Shown one piece after another: positions 15,496 to 30,971 of a stretch of DNA of 64,000 nucleotides (its first letter is position 1; each line of letters opens with the position of its first letter). The notes under the pieces were generated by a model. It saw only the letters and a list, made by a program, of their open reading frames with translations. It searched no databases and was not told the origin of the DNA. This stretch comes from Eledone cirrhosa. Taxonomy: Eukaryota. The stretch spans positions 33,480,001 to 33,544,000 of the forward strand of contig OZ024760.1 of assembly GCA_964016885.1 (NCBI GenBank), in the 5' to 3' direction. A program made the translations under genes and the position numbers.

Positions 15496-18010
15496 TGCAA
15501 CACAAATTCCAGAAACCTGCCAATCACCTAATAACCTACAAATCTGGCGAGCACATAAGCCAGATTGACTTCTTACTAGTTGGGCAGCGGGACAGGCAGA
15601 TAGTGTCTAATACCAAGGCATACCCTGGGGAAAAATGTACCCCACAGCATAGGTTAGTCGTTAGTGATATCTCAGTCAGCAAGAGATGTAATGAGGCATA
15701 CAGGAAGGTGTGGAGAAGAAAGGTCTGGAAGCTAAAAGACCTTTCACTAAAATACAAATTTAGGAAAGCCCTTCAAGATGTATATGACGAAAAAGAAGAC
15801 GATTTAGAGACGTATGACAGATAATAACTGGAATTTCTTACGTGACAACTTGTTGCAGGCTACTGATGAAATTTGTGGCTGGAGCAGAGCTTCAACCAGA
15901 CAGAGAGTGACCTGGTAGTGGAACAGCACAGTAGATAAGGCCATTAGAGACAAAAGACTAGCATGGAAGGCTTGGAAAAAGGGTGGGAGTAGGGAAGAAT
16001 ATACAGCCGCTAAGAGAGAAGCTAGACGTCAGGTGTACTTAGCACGCATGGAGGCTGAGAGTAGGAGGTTTGCCAATGTTCTGCGACGGGAAGATCAGAG
16101 GTGTGCGGTGTTCCACATTGCAAGGCAGTGTGTCAATGCAAATCAGGATGTTGTTGGAGATAAATGTGTCCGGGATGATGCCGGTGTACTTAGTGTCACG
16201 AATGATCAGAAAAAGGAGACCTGGAAATGTCATTATGAGAGACTCATGAATGTGGAGAACGAATGGGAGTGAGAGAAATTACCCTCAGTAGATCCGACAG
16301 AGAGACCAGCTATTGAGATTGACGAATATAGGGTCCAAGAGGCGATTAAGGAAATGAAAAGTGGTAAGGCTGCTGGACCATCGGTAATAGTTGCTGAGAT
16401 GCTTAAGGCATTAGGGGACGTAGGCACTAAACTGGTTGCACGCATCATCAGTCAGGCTATATATGGTGGTGTCATACCCAAAGACTGGTGCAGCAGTATT
16501 CTCATAAATTGCTACAAAGGTAAAGGGGATGCTCTAGAGAGGAGCAATTATAGGGGTATAAAACTGATAGATCAGGTTATGAAAGTGGCAGAAAGGATAT
16601 TAGCACAACTAATTAGAGAAAGGGTCAAACTAGATGAGATGCAGTTTGGTTTTGTGCCTGGGAAGAGTACAACAGATGCCCATTTCTTGGTGAGACAATT
16701 GCAAGAGAGGTTCTTAGAGAAAAATAAGCCACTATACTTAGCCTTTGTTGACCTAGAGAAGGCCTTTGATAGGGTACCCCGATCTGTCGTCTGGTGTTCC
16801 CTAAGGAAACTAGGTGTTGAGGAATGGCTTGCGAGGACAGTGCAAACTTTGTACAGAGGTTCTGTCAGTAAAATCAGGGTAGGAATGGAGTTTAGTGAGG
16901 AATTCCAGATACAAGTAAGAGTATATCAAGGTTCGGTCTTGAGCCGGCTCTTGTTCATTATAGTCCTCCAAGCCATAACAGAGGAGTTTAAGACTGGCTG
17001 TCCATGGGAACTTCTCTATGCTGACGATCTGGTTCTCATAGCAGAATCAGTAGAGGAGCTAGAGAATAAATTCTGGCTATGGAAACAGCAGTTGGAAGCA
17101 AGAGGACTGAGAGTGAACCTAGCTAAGACAAAAGTGTTGATGAGTAGAAAAGAGGACAAAACTCTGATTCCGTCAAGGAAATGGCCATGTTCGATATGCA
17201 GAAAAAGAACTGGCATAAATTCTATAAAATGCACACAATGCAGATCCTGGGTACACAAGAGATGTAGCGGGATAGCAGGCAAACTAACAGGTAGGGAGAA
17301 ATATGTATGCAGTAGATGTACAGGGAAATTAGACAGTAGAAGTCGCATTGATAGACATATTTTTCAAATGGAGAAGGGTGCTATAGAAGTGGTGGATAGC
17401 TTCCGGTACCTAGGAGATCAGATTAGCATGGGAGGAGGGTGTTCCGAGGCCATAGTATCTAGAATAAGGACGGGTTGGAAGAAGTTTAGGGAGCTGCTTC
17501 GTCTGCTGACGAAGAAGGGTTTCTCCCTGCGTACAAAAGGCCGGTTGTATGATGCCTGTGTGAAGAGCGCAATGCTGCATGGTAGTGAGACATGGGCAGC
17601 AACTGCAGAGGATATGCAACGGCTGGATAGAAATGAGGCAAGCATGCTCCGTTGGATGTGCAGTGTCAATGTGCATGAACGACCCAGCATGAATGTGTTG
17701 AGAAAGAAACTGTGTCTGAGAGGGATAGAATGTAGTGTACGGGAGAGGAGACTGAGGTGGTATGGACATGTGATGCGCATGGAGGATGACCGATGGGTGA
17801 AGAAGTGCCAGGAAATGCCAGTTGAAGGAAGACGTGATAGAGGTAGACCACGAAAAAGATGGGCGGAGGTGGTGAGAACAGACCTTAGATCGTTGAAGCT
17901 CACGGTGGAGATGACGAAGGACCGTGACAAGTGGAGAGATGCTGTGCTGAATAAGACCCGTCCCACCCTTGCGAGCAGGGAAGAGCGGACGTAAAATGAT
18001 GATGATGATA
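15496..18010 (+). mobile_element. RTE-clade LINE, subfamily B, 5'-truncated within APE; 546-aa open RT-PHD-CTD segment at 16354-17994
   Basis: SQIDFLLV..QHRLVV (APE end), RT motifs, (ATG)n tail; several upstream stops. Confidence 0.95.
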
Positions 18011-18012
18011 TT

Positions 18013-18100
18013 ATCATCATCATTTTACGTCCCTTTTCCCTGCTTGCAAGGGTGGGACGGGTCCTATTCATCACAGCATCTCTCCACTTGTCACGGTCCT
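18013..18100 (-). mobile_element. Short RTE-B 3' end, tail-to-tail with the preceding copy
   Basis: Reverse complement of ~17915-18003. Confidence 0.85.
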
Positions 18101-18215
18101 TCTACACTTCCGGACCATCAAAACAATCTTAAATATGGCTATACACACAAATTTAAATATTAACATTTACATCACATATACATACACATATATACATATA
18201 TATATATACATACAC

Positions 18216-18333
<118 letters not shown>

Positions 18334-18703
18334 GTACAAGTCTTATGCGAACCGAAAAATTTGGAGCCTCAATTTTATAGCCATGTCAGTAGAATGAACT
18401 CTTCATTCTTGCTCTTGTGTTGGCATGTGAACAGAACTGCAGACGCTAATGTTTCTGGGTATCACCTTTCATCAGAACAGTTCACTGTTCACCTGCCAAA
18501 CTTTAAGAGCTAGTGAAAATATATGCTATTTTCAAAAATACACAATGACTGATTAGCCTGATATGCATATTAGCACGTGGCTGATCAGTCAGATCTGCAT
18601 ATTAGCAGATCCATTGATTTGCATATCAGCAGACTGGCCAGTCAGTTTCCTGTATACGAGTGATAAATGGCAGGCTTTGCCAAATTCAAATAAAAAAAAA
18701 AAA

Positions 18704-19072
18704 AAATTTTCGTTCTCCATGGCTGAATACAATAAATCTAATCTGAGTTTTTCGAATATTAATAATGACATTCGATTCATTTGCAATTTTGCAAACAAGC
18801 CTCAATTTTATAGCCATGTCAGGATAATAAACTCTTCATTCTTGCTCTTGTGTTGGCATGCGAACAGAACTGCAGACACTAATGTTTCTGGGTATCACCC
18901 TTCATCAGTACAGCTCACTGTTCACCTGTCAAACTGTCAGAGCTAGTGCAACTGACATGGCTATACAATTGAGGCTTGTTTGCATAATTGCAAACGAATC
19001 GAATGTTATTATTAATATTCAAAAAACTCAGATTACATTTATTGTATTCAGCCATGTAGAGCGAAAATTTTC
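18704..19072. mobile_element. MITE-like element with ~110-bp terminal inverted repeats; partial duplicate at 18365-18516 and relative at ~58035-58258
   Basis: 18704-18818 is reverse-complementary to 18955-19072; no ORF. Confidence 0.7.
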
Positions 19073-19112
19073 TTTTTTTATATATGCATCTCTATCTATC
19101 TATATATATATA

Positions 19113-20398
19113 AAGGGTGTGGACGATATTTGTTCTCAATTTTCAACTGCTAATTTTATGCAATTTTTTTTTACTCTTGTCTTCATAAAAACAGTGACTA
19201 TATTTCCATTATTTATTTTCAGAATAATTAATTATGAATAATTTTGAACCTCCAAATTTGTGGAAGAGACACGGAATTCTTCTTGGAATCCGCGCCGGGA
19301 GGACAAATAAGGAAATTTCAGACTTTCTCAGCGTCAGCGGGAGAATGGTGGAAAAGGTCAGAAAGGAATTGGAAGATTTAGGATTCGACTACGAAGCAAC
19401 ATCAGAGAGGAAAACACATGATCGACGATCTGACGCCTTCAGAACGCCCTGAAGTTCGTCGCTGAAGTTCAGGATATCATCAACAATGAACCTAGCAAGT
19501 CGATGCGTGCCATTGCAAGGGAGAAAGGCGTGGATGAAAAGCTCATTAGGCTGGTGGTACACGAAGACATTCGCTACGTTTCATTCAAAATGAGGAAAGG
19601 ACAATTTCTGTCAAAGGCGATGCAAGAAAAGCCGCGGAAGCACGCAAAGAAGTTGAACAACAAGTTGAAACACCCACTGGAGCCAGACATGCTGTGGTTT
19701 TTCTCCGACGAGAAAAACTTCTGCTAACACCAGAAGATCAACTCCCAGAACAACAGGTGGCTCGCTGTCTCATCCAAAGACGTGCCCAAAGTCATGCAGA
19801 CAAAGTTTCCAGCGACAACATTGGTCTTAGGTGTCGTCAGCAGTCATGGTGACGTCATGCCACCTCACTTTTTCCCTGAGGGCCTCAAGCTGAATACCGA
19901 TGGCTACATCCGCGTTCTGAGTGAGGTAGTAAAGTCCTGGGTCGACCAGGTAGCTGCAGGTAGGGTCGTACGTGTGGCAGCAAAACTCAGCGCCCTGCCA
20001 TACCAGACCCAAGCCTGGCTGACAGAGAACTTTGTCGACCACAGTTCACCTGACATCTGACCTCCCAGCTCACCTGACTGCAACTCCCTTGACTTCTTTG
20101 TGTGGGGCGCAGTGGAACGAGATACCAACAGATATAGCTGCAATACGAAAGACGATCTGAAGGCCAGGATCACCAGTGCCTTTAGGGGCCTAAGTCGGGG
20201 AACAGTGACGAAGTCCTGTAGCCAGTTCCGAGGCCGCCTTGAGGCCGTCATCAAAGCCAATGGTGGGTTTACCGAGTGAGATCGAAGAACAAGTCATAAA
20301 GACAAACTGCCTAAGTTTGATAAATATATCTTAAAAAATAAAACTACTTTGTTACTTTTTCCTAGACAGCAATCTTGCGAACAAATATCATCCGCACC

Positions 20399-20401
<3 letters not shown>
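19113..20401 (+). mobile_element. Tc1/mariner-superfamily transposon (maT/DD37D-like) with pseudogenised transposase
   Basis: TA-flanked TIRs (aagggtgtggacgatatttgttctcaa / ttgcgaacaaatatcatccgcaccctg); WFFSDEKNF, VWQQNSAPCH, PPSSPDCNSLDFFVW. Spacing equals 37 if the frameshift near 20005 is a 7-nt deletion. Confidence 0.88.
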
Positions 20402-21693
<1,292 letters not shown>

Positions 21694-24600
21694 GCAGCCC
21701 GATACCCGGGACGCAGAGAGGTAAGTGCCTTTTCTCTTCACCACCAACATGGCTATGCTAAGAGTAGTCTGTCTAAATGCGCGTGGCCTGGGCTCAACTT
21801 GGAAGCAAGCAATGCTTCTAAATGACCTCAGGTCACAACGTATAGATGTGATGGTTATTTGCGAGGCCCGGATCAGCAACGTGCGACAGCTGGCCCCCAC
21901 CTTTGATGACTTTGAGATGCACGCATATCTCTGTAAGCCCGGAGGTGGGGGTGGGGTTGTCGTTCTGCTGCAAAAACATCTGGGTCTCGCAACACAGACG
22001 GTACATTTGTACCCGGAGGGTCGACTAGTGGTCCTGGACCTTGGCAGTGGTGAAGGCAGAGCGTTTAGGTTGGTAGCCGTCTACGGCCCTTTGGGGTCAA
22101 TGCGGCCGGACTTCTTCCATCGTCTGGAGACTTTTCTATTAGTGGGGGACTGGAATGGTACTCTAGATGCACGCTGGGACTACGTAGGGGCCCGTCCCGA
22201 TAGAGAGGGGTGTAATAGCCTCAAAGGGTTAATCGGTCGATTTGACCTGGCCGATAGATATCGACTAGATTTTCCGACTCCGCCAACTTGGACTTGGGCA
22301 AACCGTAGCGGATCATCTAGGTCGTACCTAGATAGGTTCTTAGTTAGAAATAAGCATAAGGACTTTTTAAGTTGTCCAAAAATGCGCATGGTTGGCTATT
22401 CAGACCACAAGTTAGTGACCTGCATGGTCAAGCTTGACAGAACGCATAGACAGGGACCCGGTTACTGGAAGCTCAACTTGTCCTTACCGGCAAGTAAGGC
22501 TTACAGGGACCGGATTAGCACTTTAGTTAAGGAGCGGTTGATGGGCGCCATCGTCAACAGCAGGTGGTGGGGATCTCTCAAAAGAGAGATTAGAGTAGTC
22601 TCTATAGAATTTAGTAAGGAGTTAGCCTCAAATAGAAATAGGAAGGAAAGGGAATTGGTAGATAGTGTAGAATAGGCAATTAGAAGCGACGACGTGGCCA
22701 GAGTGCTAGCGTCGAGAACGGTTCTGGGCCAGTTCTTCGACGTGAAACACGAAGGCTGCATCGTCCGAAGCAAAATACGCGCTCTGAGAAACGAGGGGTC
22801 CAAAGCTGTTAGCTGGGCTCGCGTGACAGAAGCCAAAAGAGGGAGTAGATCCACTATCCGGTCTTTGCGAGACCAGGATGGACGGGTGATCCTTGAGCCT
22901 AAGCAGATGTGCGAGGCTATTCAAAAGCACTTTGCCAGATTGTTCGGAAGGGGCGGGGAGCCGGTTGGGGAAGTGGACTTCGGTCCATACCTCGACGGCC
23001 TGCCGCGTCTCTCTGACAGGGAGGAGAAGTCCTGCGAGGAGCCGATTTCAGCCGCTGAGATAGAGGACGTGCTGAGCCAATGCGGCAAACGCAAATCCCC
23101 GGGTCTCGATGGTCTTCCATACAAACTATATCTAGCTATGTCGGACTTGTTCCCCAATCTCCTCGAGGCGGTCTACTGCAACTGGTAACAGAACGGGAGA
23201 ATTCCCTGTGCTATGACCAAGGGCGTAGTCACGCTAGTGAGGAAGGACGAGAACAAGGGGGACGATATAAATAATTTCAGGCCCATAACTCTGCTAAATA
23301 CAGAGTTACAGATTTTGGCCAAGGTGCTAGCAAAGAGGTTGGCGCTTGTCGAGGGCAACCTGGTGGGAGATGCGCAGACATGTGCTATCCCGTCCAGGTC
23401 CATCCACGACAACTTCCACCTCATCCGATACATCATAAAGAGGGTTGGGAACGAACCCGGCTTTGGTGGGGCCCTGATCAACTTGGATCAATCTAAGGCG
23501 TTCGATAGGGTCGACCATGGTTACCTGGATGCGGTGCTAGCGGCGGCAGGCTTCGGACCCGTTTTCAAGGGCTGGATCAATGCCATGCACAGTAGCCGCA
23601 TCTGCTCTATGGTCAAGGTGAACGGCTACCTCTCGGAGCCGTTCGAAATGCGCGGTCCATCCGACAAGGGTGCCATTTCTCCTCCCTTCTGTATGTAATG
23701 ACTCTAGAGCCACTGCTGCGGAAGTTGGAGTTGTTGCAGGGCATCCCGTTGGAACCGGGATTGCGGAAAGCGGTGTCGGCCTACGCCGATGACGTAACAG
23801 TAATGGTGTCGACGGCCTCGGAAATCGGGGCGATCGGCACCTTACTGGAGGAGTAGGAAAGGTTTACAGGGACTAAGCTGAACCGGGACAAATCGATCGG
23901 TCTGCAACTCGGCACGTGGAGGGGCAGATCGATGCCCTCCGATGGCGTCGTTGGGCGCTGGACGGAGGGCCCGGTGAAGTTGCTCGGAGTCTGGTTCGGA
24001 CCAGACCTCCAGGTGGAGAAGAACTGGGGTGAGGTAACGAACAGGGTGTTTGCACTGACCCAGAAGTGGGCCGAGTGCAAACTATCCCTGAAAGGTCGGG
24101 CGGAGGTGGCGAACACTTATATAGCGTCCGTCATCTACTACCGCCTGACCGTTGTGCTTTGCCCAAGAGAAACGCTCGCCAAAATGGAACGCGCACTCTT
24201 CCAATTCCTTTGGAAGAAGCGGGCTCCTATGATGAGGAGATCCATCTGCTGTCAACACCCTTCGAAAGGAGGGCTGGAAATGCCGTGGCTAATGATACGT
24301 AAACACGCATTAAGGCTACGGCACCTTCAGGTATTCCTCACCGGTCAACCGGTGTGGGCCCCGTTTGTGAGGCGAGCCTTTCCCAGACTCGTCTCTCTCA
24401 CCGAGCTGCAATCCTGGGTCAAGCAAAGACCGATAAAACTGGGCGCCTGGCACACCGAGTGTGCCCAGGCGCTCACGGCTCTCTGACAGGAGGACCCGGC
24501 TGTCAGTGGAGAATCCACCTCGTCATTCTATAGAGGGCTGGTGGTTAGTAGGTGCGACGACGCCCTCGGAGAAGCCCTAGGCATGGAGGAAGACGAACTG

Positions 24601-25430
24601 GCCAACCTGTTCGGTAGGACATTCAGCCCGGGACCCATGGATAACTTCCAGAGGTCCCTGGCCTGGCAGTGCTACCGAGGGGCTCTGCCCGTTCGAGAAA
24701 GGCTCTACAGACACGGGCGCCCGGGTAGGGACCCCTCGAAAAAGATCTATCCCAGATGCGTGTGCGACGAGGAAACCGTTGTACACGCATTGGTACACTG
24801 CTCGGGCATTGCCGATCTGTGGGGCTATGTCGAACAACTGCTGTCAAGGGTGGGACCGATCCGGTTGACCACCGAGTCTATTATAACGATCAAGCCGCCT
24901 CCCCTCTTCAAAAACGAAGGAGAGGCGGTGTTTCTGTGCGTAGTAGCCATGGCGAAAGAGGTTGTATGGTGGACGCGTCTGAAAGGACTGAGGTCAGACA
25001 CCTTTCTCTGGCCAACAACTGGTCCGTTTCTTCCGATATCATTTCGGAAGAAGGATCAGGATGGAGAGAGAGGTGCTGCACCCCAGCCGTTTTTATGAAA
25101 GATAGGTGAAAGTGGCTTGAATGGCTCGTGTGAATGGGCCTTCACTCTACATCAGACTATAGGTGAGGAAGATGAAAGATCAAGGGAGCACCCCCTCTCT
25201 GTGCTTCTGAGGAGAAGGGTTGCACACTTTTTTTCGGGGGTGTGTGCGACCCTCCCAAAGCGCCTCCTCCCTATTGAGGATTTTGTTATTAAATTTATTT
25301 TGTTATATTTTATTTTATTTTTATATCTTGTTATTGCCTCCTCCATATTGAGGACGCCTTTTTATGTAAACTCCCCCCATTGTACTTGTCCCACATTTTG
25401 ATGCCCTGGTGGCAAATAAAAAGAATGTTA
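21694..25430 (+). mobile_element. L1/Tx1-clade LINE copy 1: near-complete but disrupted ORF2 (APE-RT-Cys/His finger), ORF1 missing
   Basis: LNARGL, GDWN, SYLDR, SDH, GYWKLN, KSPGLDG, FRPITLLN, DQSKAFDRVDH, YADD, KGGL, C..EETVVHALVHC; AATAAA before (TA)n. Confidence 0.93.
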
Positions 25431-25497
<67 letters not shown>

Positions 25498-25802
25498 ATA
25501 TATATCTATCTATCTATATCTATATAGGATTATATATGGATTCTTCGGAGAAATTTATTAATGAATGGACAGTTATATGACCTCCTTTTCAGCAGCCAAG
25601 AGACATACCGATACATATGCAAATATTGTGGGTCAACATTCATTACAGAATTTAGAGTGGCAGTACACACTTCGAGATTACATTCATATTAAAAGGTACA
25701 ATCAAAAAATCAAAAATACATAACCATAAATAGTATAATTAATACATATACATATATATATATCTATATATATATACACATACATATATATATATATATA
25801 TA

Positions 25803-25852
<50 letters not shown>

Positions 25853-25950
25853 CATACCTATCTATCTATATATATATATATATACACATACATACATATC
25901 TATCTATCTATCTATCTCTCTATATATATATTATATATATATATATATAC

Positions 25951-26020
<70 letters not shown>

Positions 26021-26051
26021 ATACATATCTATCTATCTATATATATATATA
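25431..26051. repeat. Compound (TA)n/(TC)n/(TATC)n tract with a ~200-bp unassigned insert
   Basis: Direct inspection. Confidence 0.85.
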
Positions 26052-29000
26052 ACCCCTCCAACACCCCCATGGAAATCGTGCAGCCTGGTCCACAGGAGAC
26101 GAAGGGTGGGTGATTTATTTACCTCTTTTAACTTTTTAGCACCAACATGGCTAATATAAGAGTTGGATGTGTGAACGTACCCGGCCTGGGGATGCCCTGG
26201 AAACAGGGCAAACTCTTAAACGACCTCAGGTCGCACAGTATGGATGTAGTAGCCATTTGCGAGTCCAGGATCCACAGCGAGCGACAGCTGGCCCCCATCT
26301 TCGATGACTTTGAGATCTACGCATCTCTCTGTCGGCTGGGGGGTGGGGGCTAGGTTGCCGTTTTGCTGCGAAAACACCTGGGCCTCGTAACACAGACGGT
26401 ACATCTGGACCCGGAGGGTCGACTGGTGGTCCTAGACCTTGACGGTAGTGTAGGTGGAGCCTTCAGGCTGGTGGCTGCATATGCCCCATCCGGGACACCG
26501 CGGCCAGACTTCTTCAAACGTCTAGAGACTTTTCTGGGAACGTCCCGCTCCTTGCTTTTAGTGGGGGACTGGAATGGAATCCTAGATGCACGTTGGGACT
26601 ATGTGGGAGCATGTCTCGATAAAGGGGGGTGTAACAGCCTCAAACAGTTAATCGACCGATTTGACCTGGCCGATAGATATCGACTAGATTTTCCGACTGT
26701 GCCACTGTTGACGTGGACTAATCGTAGCGGAACATCTAGATCGTACCTAGATAGGGTTCTAGTTAGAAATAAGGATAGGGACATGTTAAGCTGTCCACAA
26801 ATGTTCATGGTTGCCTATTCAGATCACAAACTAGTGACCTGCATGGCCAACCATGATAGAACCCATAGACAAGGACCCGGCTACTGGAAGCTGAACTTGT
26901 CGTTACCAACAAGCAAAGCCTACAGTAGACGGATTAGCACTTTAGTTAAACAGCACTTGACAGGGGCCATTGTCAACAACAGATGGTGGTACTCTCTCAA
27001 GAGGGCAGTTAGATTAGACTCGTTAGTTTTTAGTAAAGAATTAGCGTTAGATAGAAATAGAACCGAGAAGGAACTGGTAGATAAAGTAGAAGAGGCAATT
27101 AGAAGTGGCAACGTAGCCAGCGTCCTAGCAACGAGAACGACCTTGGACCAGTTTTTCGACGCAAATCACGAGAGCTGCGTTGTCAGAAGCAAAATACATG
27201 CTCTGGGAAACGAGGGAGCCAAAACTGTTAGCTGGGCCCGAGTGACGGAGGCAAAAAGTGGCAACACGTCTACGATTCGGTCTTTGAAGGACCAAAACGG
27301 ACGCGTGATACGTGAGCCGAAGCAGATGTGTGCGGCCTTTCAGCGGCACTTTGCTCAATTGTTCGGGCGGGGCGGCGCGCCGGGAGGGGCTATGGATTTC
27401 GGTCCATACCTCGACGGTCTACCGCGACTCTCGGACAGCGAGGCAAAGTTCTGCGAAAAGCCGATTACAGCCGCTGAGATAAGGGACGCGCTGAGCCAAT
27501 GCGGCAAACGCAAATCTCCAGGTCTCGACGGTCTACCCTACGAATTTTACGTAGCAATGCCGGACTTATTCTCCGGTCTCCTGGAAGCGGTCTACTGCAA
27601 CTGGCAACAGAACGGGAGAATTCCCAGTTCTGTGACCGGGGATGTAGTCACACTAATCAGGAAGGACGAGAATAAGGGGGATGACATAGGCAACTTCCGG
27701 CCCATAACTCTGTTAAACACAGAGTTACAGATTTTGGCCAAGGTGTTGGCAAAGAGGCTGGCGCTTGTCGTCAGGAACCTGGTGGGAGAAGCGCAGACAT
27801 GCGCAATCCCGACCAGGTCGATACACGACAACCTCCACCTCATGCGATACATCATAGAGAGGGTAGGGTGTAAACCCGGCTTCCGTGGGGCCCTGATCAA
27901 CTTGGATCAGTCTAAGGCTTTCGATAGGGTTGACCATCATTACCTGGATGCGGTGCTCGAGGCGGTAGGCTTCGGACCCGTGTTCAGGGGCTGGATTGCT
28001 GCAATGCACAACAGCAACATCTGCTCAAGGGTCAAGGTGAACGGCTACCTCTCGGAGCCGTTCCATATTACGCGATCCATTCGACAGGGATGCCCTCTCT
28101 CCTCCCCTCTGTACGTACTGACTCTCGAGCCACTACTGCGGAAGTTGGAGTTATTGCAGGGTATCCCCCTGGAACCGGGACTGCGGAAAGCGGCGTCGGC
28201 CTAAGCCGACGACGTGACAGTAATGGTGTCGACCGCCTCGCAAATCGAGGAAGTCGGCACCTTACTGAAGGAATACGAAAGTTTCACAGGAACGAAGCTG
28301 AACCGGGACAAGTCTATCGGTTTGCAACTCGGATCGTGGAGAGGCAAACCGATGCCTTCCGATGGCGTCGTCGGACGCTGGACGGAAGGACCGCTAAAGC
28401 TGCTCGGGGTCTGGTTTGGTCTGGACCTCCAGGTGGAGAAGAACTGGAACGAAGTGACGGCCAAGGTGTTTGCACTCACCCAGAAGTGGGCCGAGTGCAA
28501 ACTATCCTTGAAAGGTCGAGCAGAGGTGGCGAACACTTTTATAGCGTCCGCCATCTACTACCGCTTGACCGTCGTGCCTTGTCCAGCCAAAACGCTCACC
28601 AAAATGGAGCGCGCGCTCTTCCAATTCCTTTGGAAGAGGCGGGCTCCTTTGGTGAGAAGATCCATCTGCTGCCAACACCCTTCTAACGGAGGGCTGGGGA
28701 TGCTGTGGCTGACGATGCGCAAACACGCGCTCAGGCTGCGCATCTCTACGTATTCCTCTCCGGACAACCGGTGTGGGCCCCGTTCGTGAGGCGAGCCTTC
28801 CCACGACTCGTCTCACTGGCCGAGCTGCAGTCCTGGGTCAAGCAAAGACCGAGGAAAATGGGCGACTGGCACATCGAATGTGCTCAGGCGCTCACAGCCC
28901 TCTGGCAGGCGAACCCGGCAATCAGTGGAGACTCCACTTCGTCATTCTATAGAGGGTTGATCCGCAGCAAGTGCGACGACGTGCTCGGAGAAACTCTAGG

Positions 29001-29820
29001 CGTAGAGGAAGATGAACTGGCCAGTCTGTTCGGTAGGACCTTCCGCCCGGGACCGATGGACAACTTCCAAAAGTCCCTGGCCTGGCAGTGCTACCGAGGA
29101 GCTCTACCAGTTCGAGACAAGCTCTACAGACATGGGCGCCCAGGCAGGGACCCTGCAAAAAAGATTTGTCCGAGGTGCGTGCGAGACGAAGAAACCGTCG
29201 CACATGCATTCATACACTGCCCGGGCGTCACTGACCTGTGGGGCTATGTAGAACGACTATTGTCGCAGGTGGGACCAATCCGGTTGACCACTGAGTCCAT
29301 TGTCATGATCAAACCGCCACCCTCCTTCAAAAACGAAGGAGAGGCGGTTTTCCTTTGTGTGATAGCTATGGCGAAAGAGGTTGTATGGTGGACAAGGTTG
29401 AAAGGGCTGAGGTCAGACACCTTTCTCTCCGGCCAACAACTGATTCTTTTTTTCAAATACCACTTTGGAAGAAGAATTAGGATGGAGAGAGAGGTGCTGT
29501 ACCCTAGCAAGTTTTATGAAAGGTGGGTGAAAGTGGCGAGAATGGCCCGAGTGAATGGGCCTTCTCTCTATATCAGCCTGTAGGTTGAGGAAAAAGAGGA
29601 AGAGAGGAAAGGGCTACAAACTCTTCGTATTCCTGGAGATGAGGGTTGCACATTTTTTCAGGGGTATGTGTTACCCATATGAACTGTCTCCCCCTATTGG
29701 GGAAAATGGACTAATTTTTTAAATTGCATTTGTGATATTATTTTACACGTTTTTATTGTATGTAAACTTTGTATTTGTCCCCTTCTTTTGTGCCCCTGTG
29801 GCTAATAAAGAAACATATTT
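26052..29820 (+). mobile_element. L1/Tx1-clade LINE copy 2: ORF2 26147-29583 with stops at 26351 and 28202 (Y of YADD) and one frameshift near 28745
   Basis: Same motifs as copy 1; CPRC..EETVAHAFIHC zinc knuckle; AATAAA then (TA)n. Confidence 0.94.
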
Positions 29821-30142
29821 ATATATATATATATATATATATAAACGTTTGAATTTGTAAAGCCAAACAATGCAGGTTTGGACATAGAATAAAAAAATGC
29901 AAATGCAAAAGATATTGTTGACAATTAGTATTTTACCTTAGATTTATTTAAATAACATTAATTTTCGAGATAATATCTCTTCTTCGGAGGGAAGTAAAGC
30001 GGTTAAACCAGTGTTCTAAATAGCTTGCCAAGTCATGCATTTGCATTTTTTTAATTCTATATCCATACCTGCATTGTTTGGCTTTACAAATTCAAACGTT
30101 TATAACTCATTACACAATGCTTCAAATGAACTATAACTTCCT

Positions 30143-30180
<38 letters not shown>

Positions 30181-30245
30181 CATACATACATATATATACA
30201 TACATACATACATACATATATATATATACATACACACGTACATAC

Positions 30246-30448
30246 ATCATCATCATCATCATCATTTTACGTCCGCTTTTCCCTGCTTGCAAGGGTGGGA
30301 CGGGTCCTATTCAGCACATCATCTCTCCACTTGTCACGGTCCTTCGTCATCTCCTCCGTGACCTTGAGCGATCTGAGGTCTGTTCTCACCACCTCCGCCC
30401 ATGTTTCTCATGGTCTTCCCCTACTGTGTCTTCCTTCCACTGGGATTT
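30246..30448 (-). mobile_element. RTE-B 3' fragment
   Basis: Matches ~17810-18010 including (ATG)n tail. Confidence 0.85.
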
Positions 30449-30888
30449 CTACATACATACATACATATACACATACATATACACATACATACATACACAC
30501 ACATATATGTGTGTATGTGTGTGTGTATATATATATGTGTAGGTATGTGTGTCTTATTAATGTGGTGTACACAATCCCTGAATGTTTAAATACAATTTAG
30601 ACAATTGAATTATAAAAATATGAAAATACTCTTAAAAAGAAAAGAAAACAACACAACAGCAACAACAACAATAATAATATAACATTTTATTTACATAACA
30701 TATATTAATGTGTATCTGTGTGTGTGTGTATATATATAAACATATATTTTATATAAACATATAAACATATATATATATATATTATATATATATATATTTT
30801 ATATATATATTCATATATTATATATATATATAAGTGTACCTATAGATTATATATATATATATATATATATATATAAGTGTACCTATAG

Positions 30889-30930
<42 letters not shown>

Positions 30931-30933
30931 GTA

Positions 30934-30971
<38 letters not shown>

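Noticed and set aside
16354-17994. Intact, active retrotransposon
   Set aside because: Upstream stops and 5' truncation. Every coding element in the window has disabling lesions.
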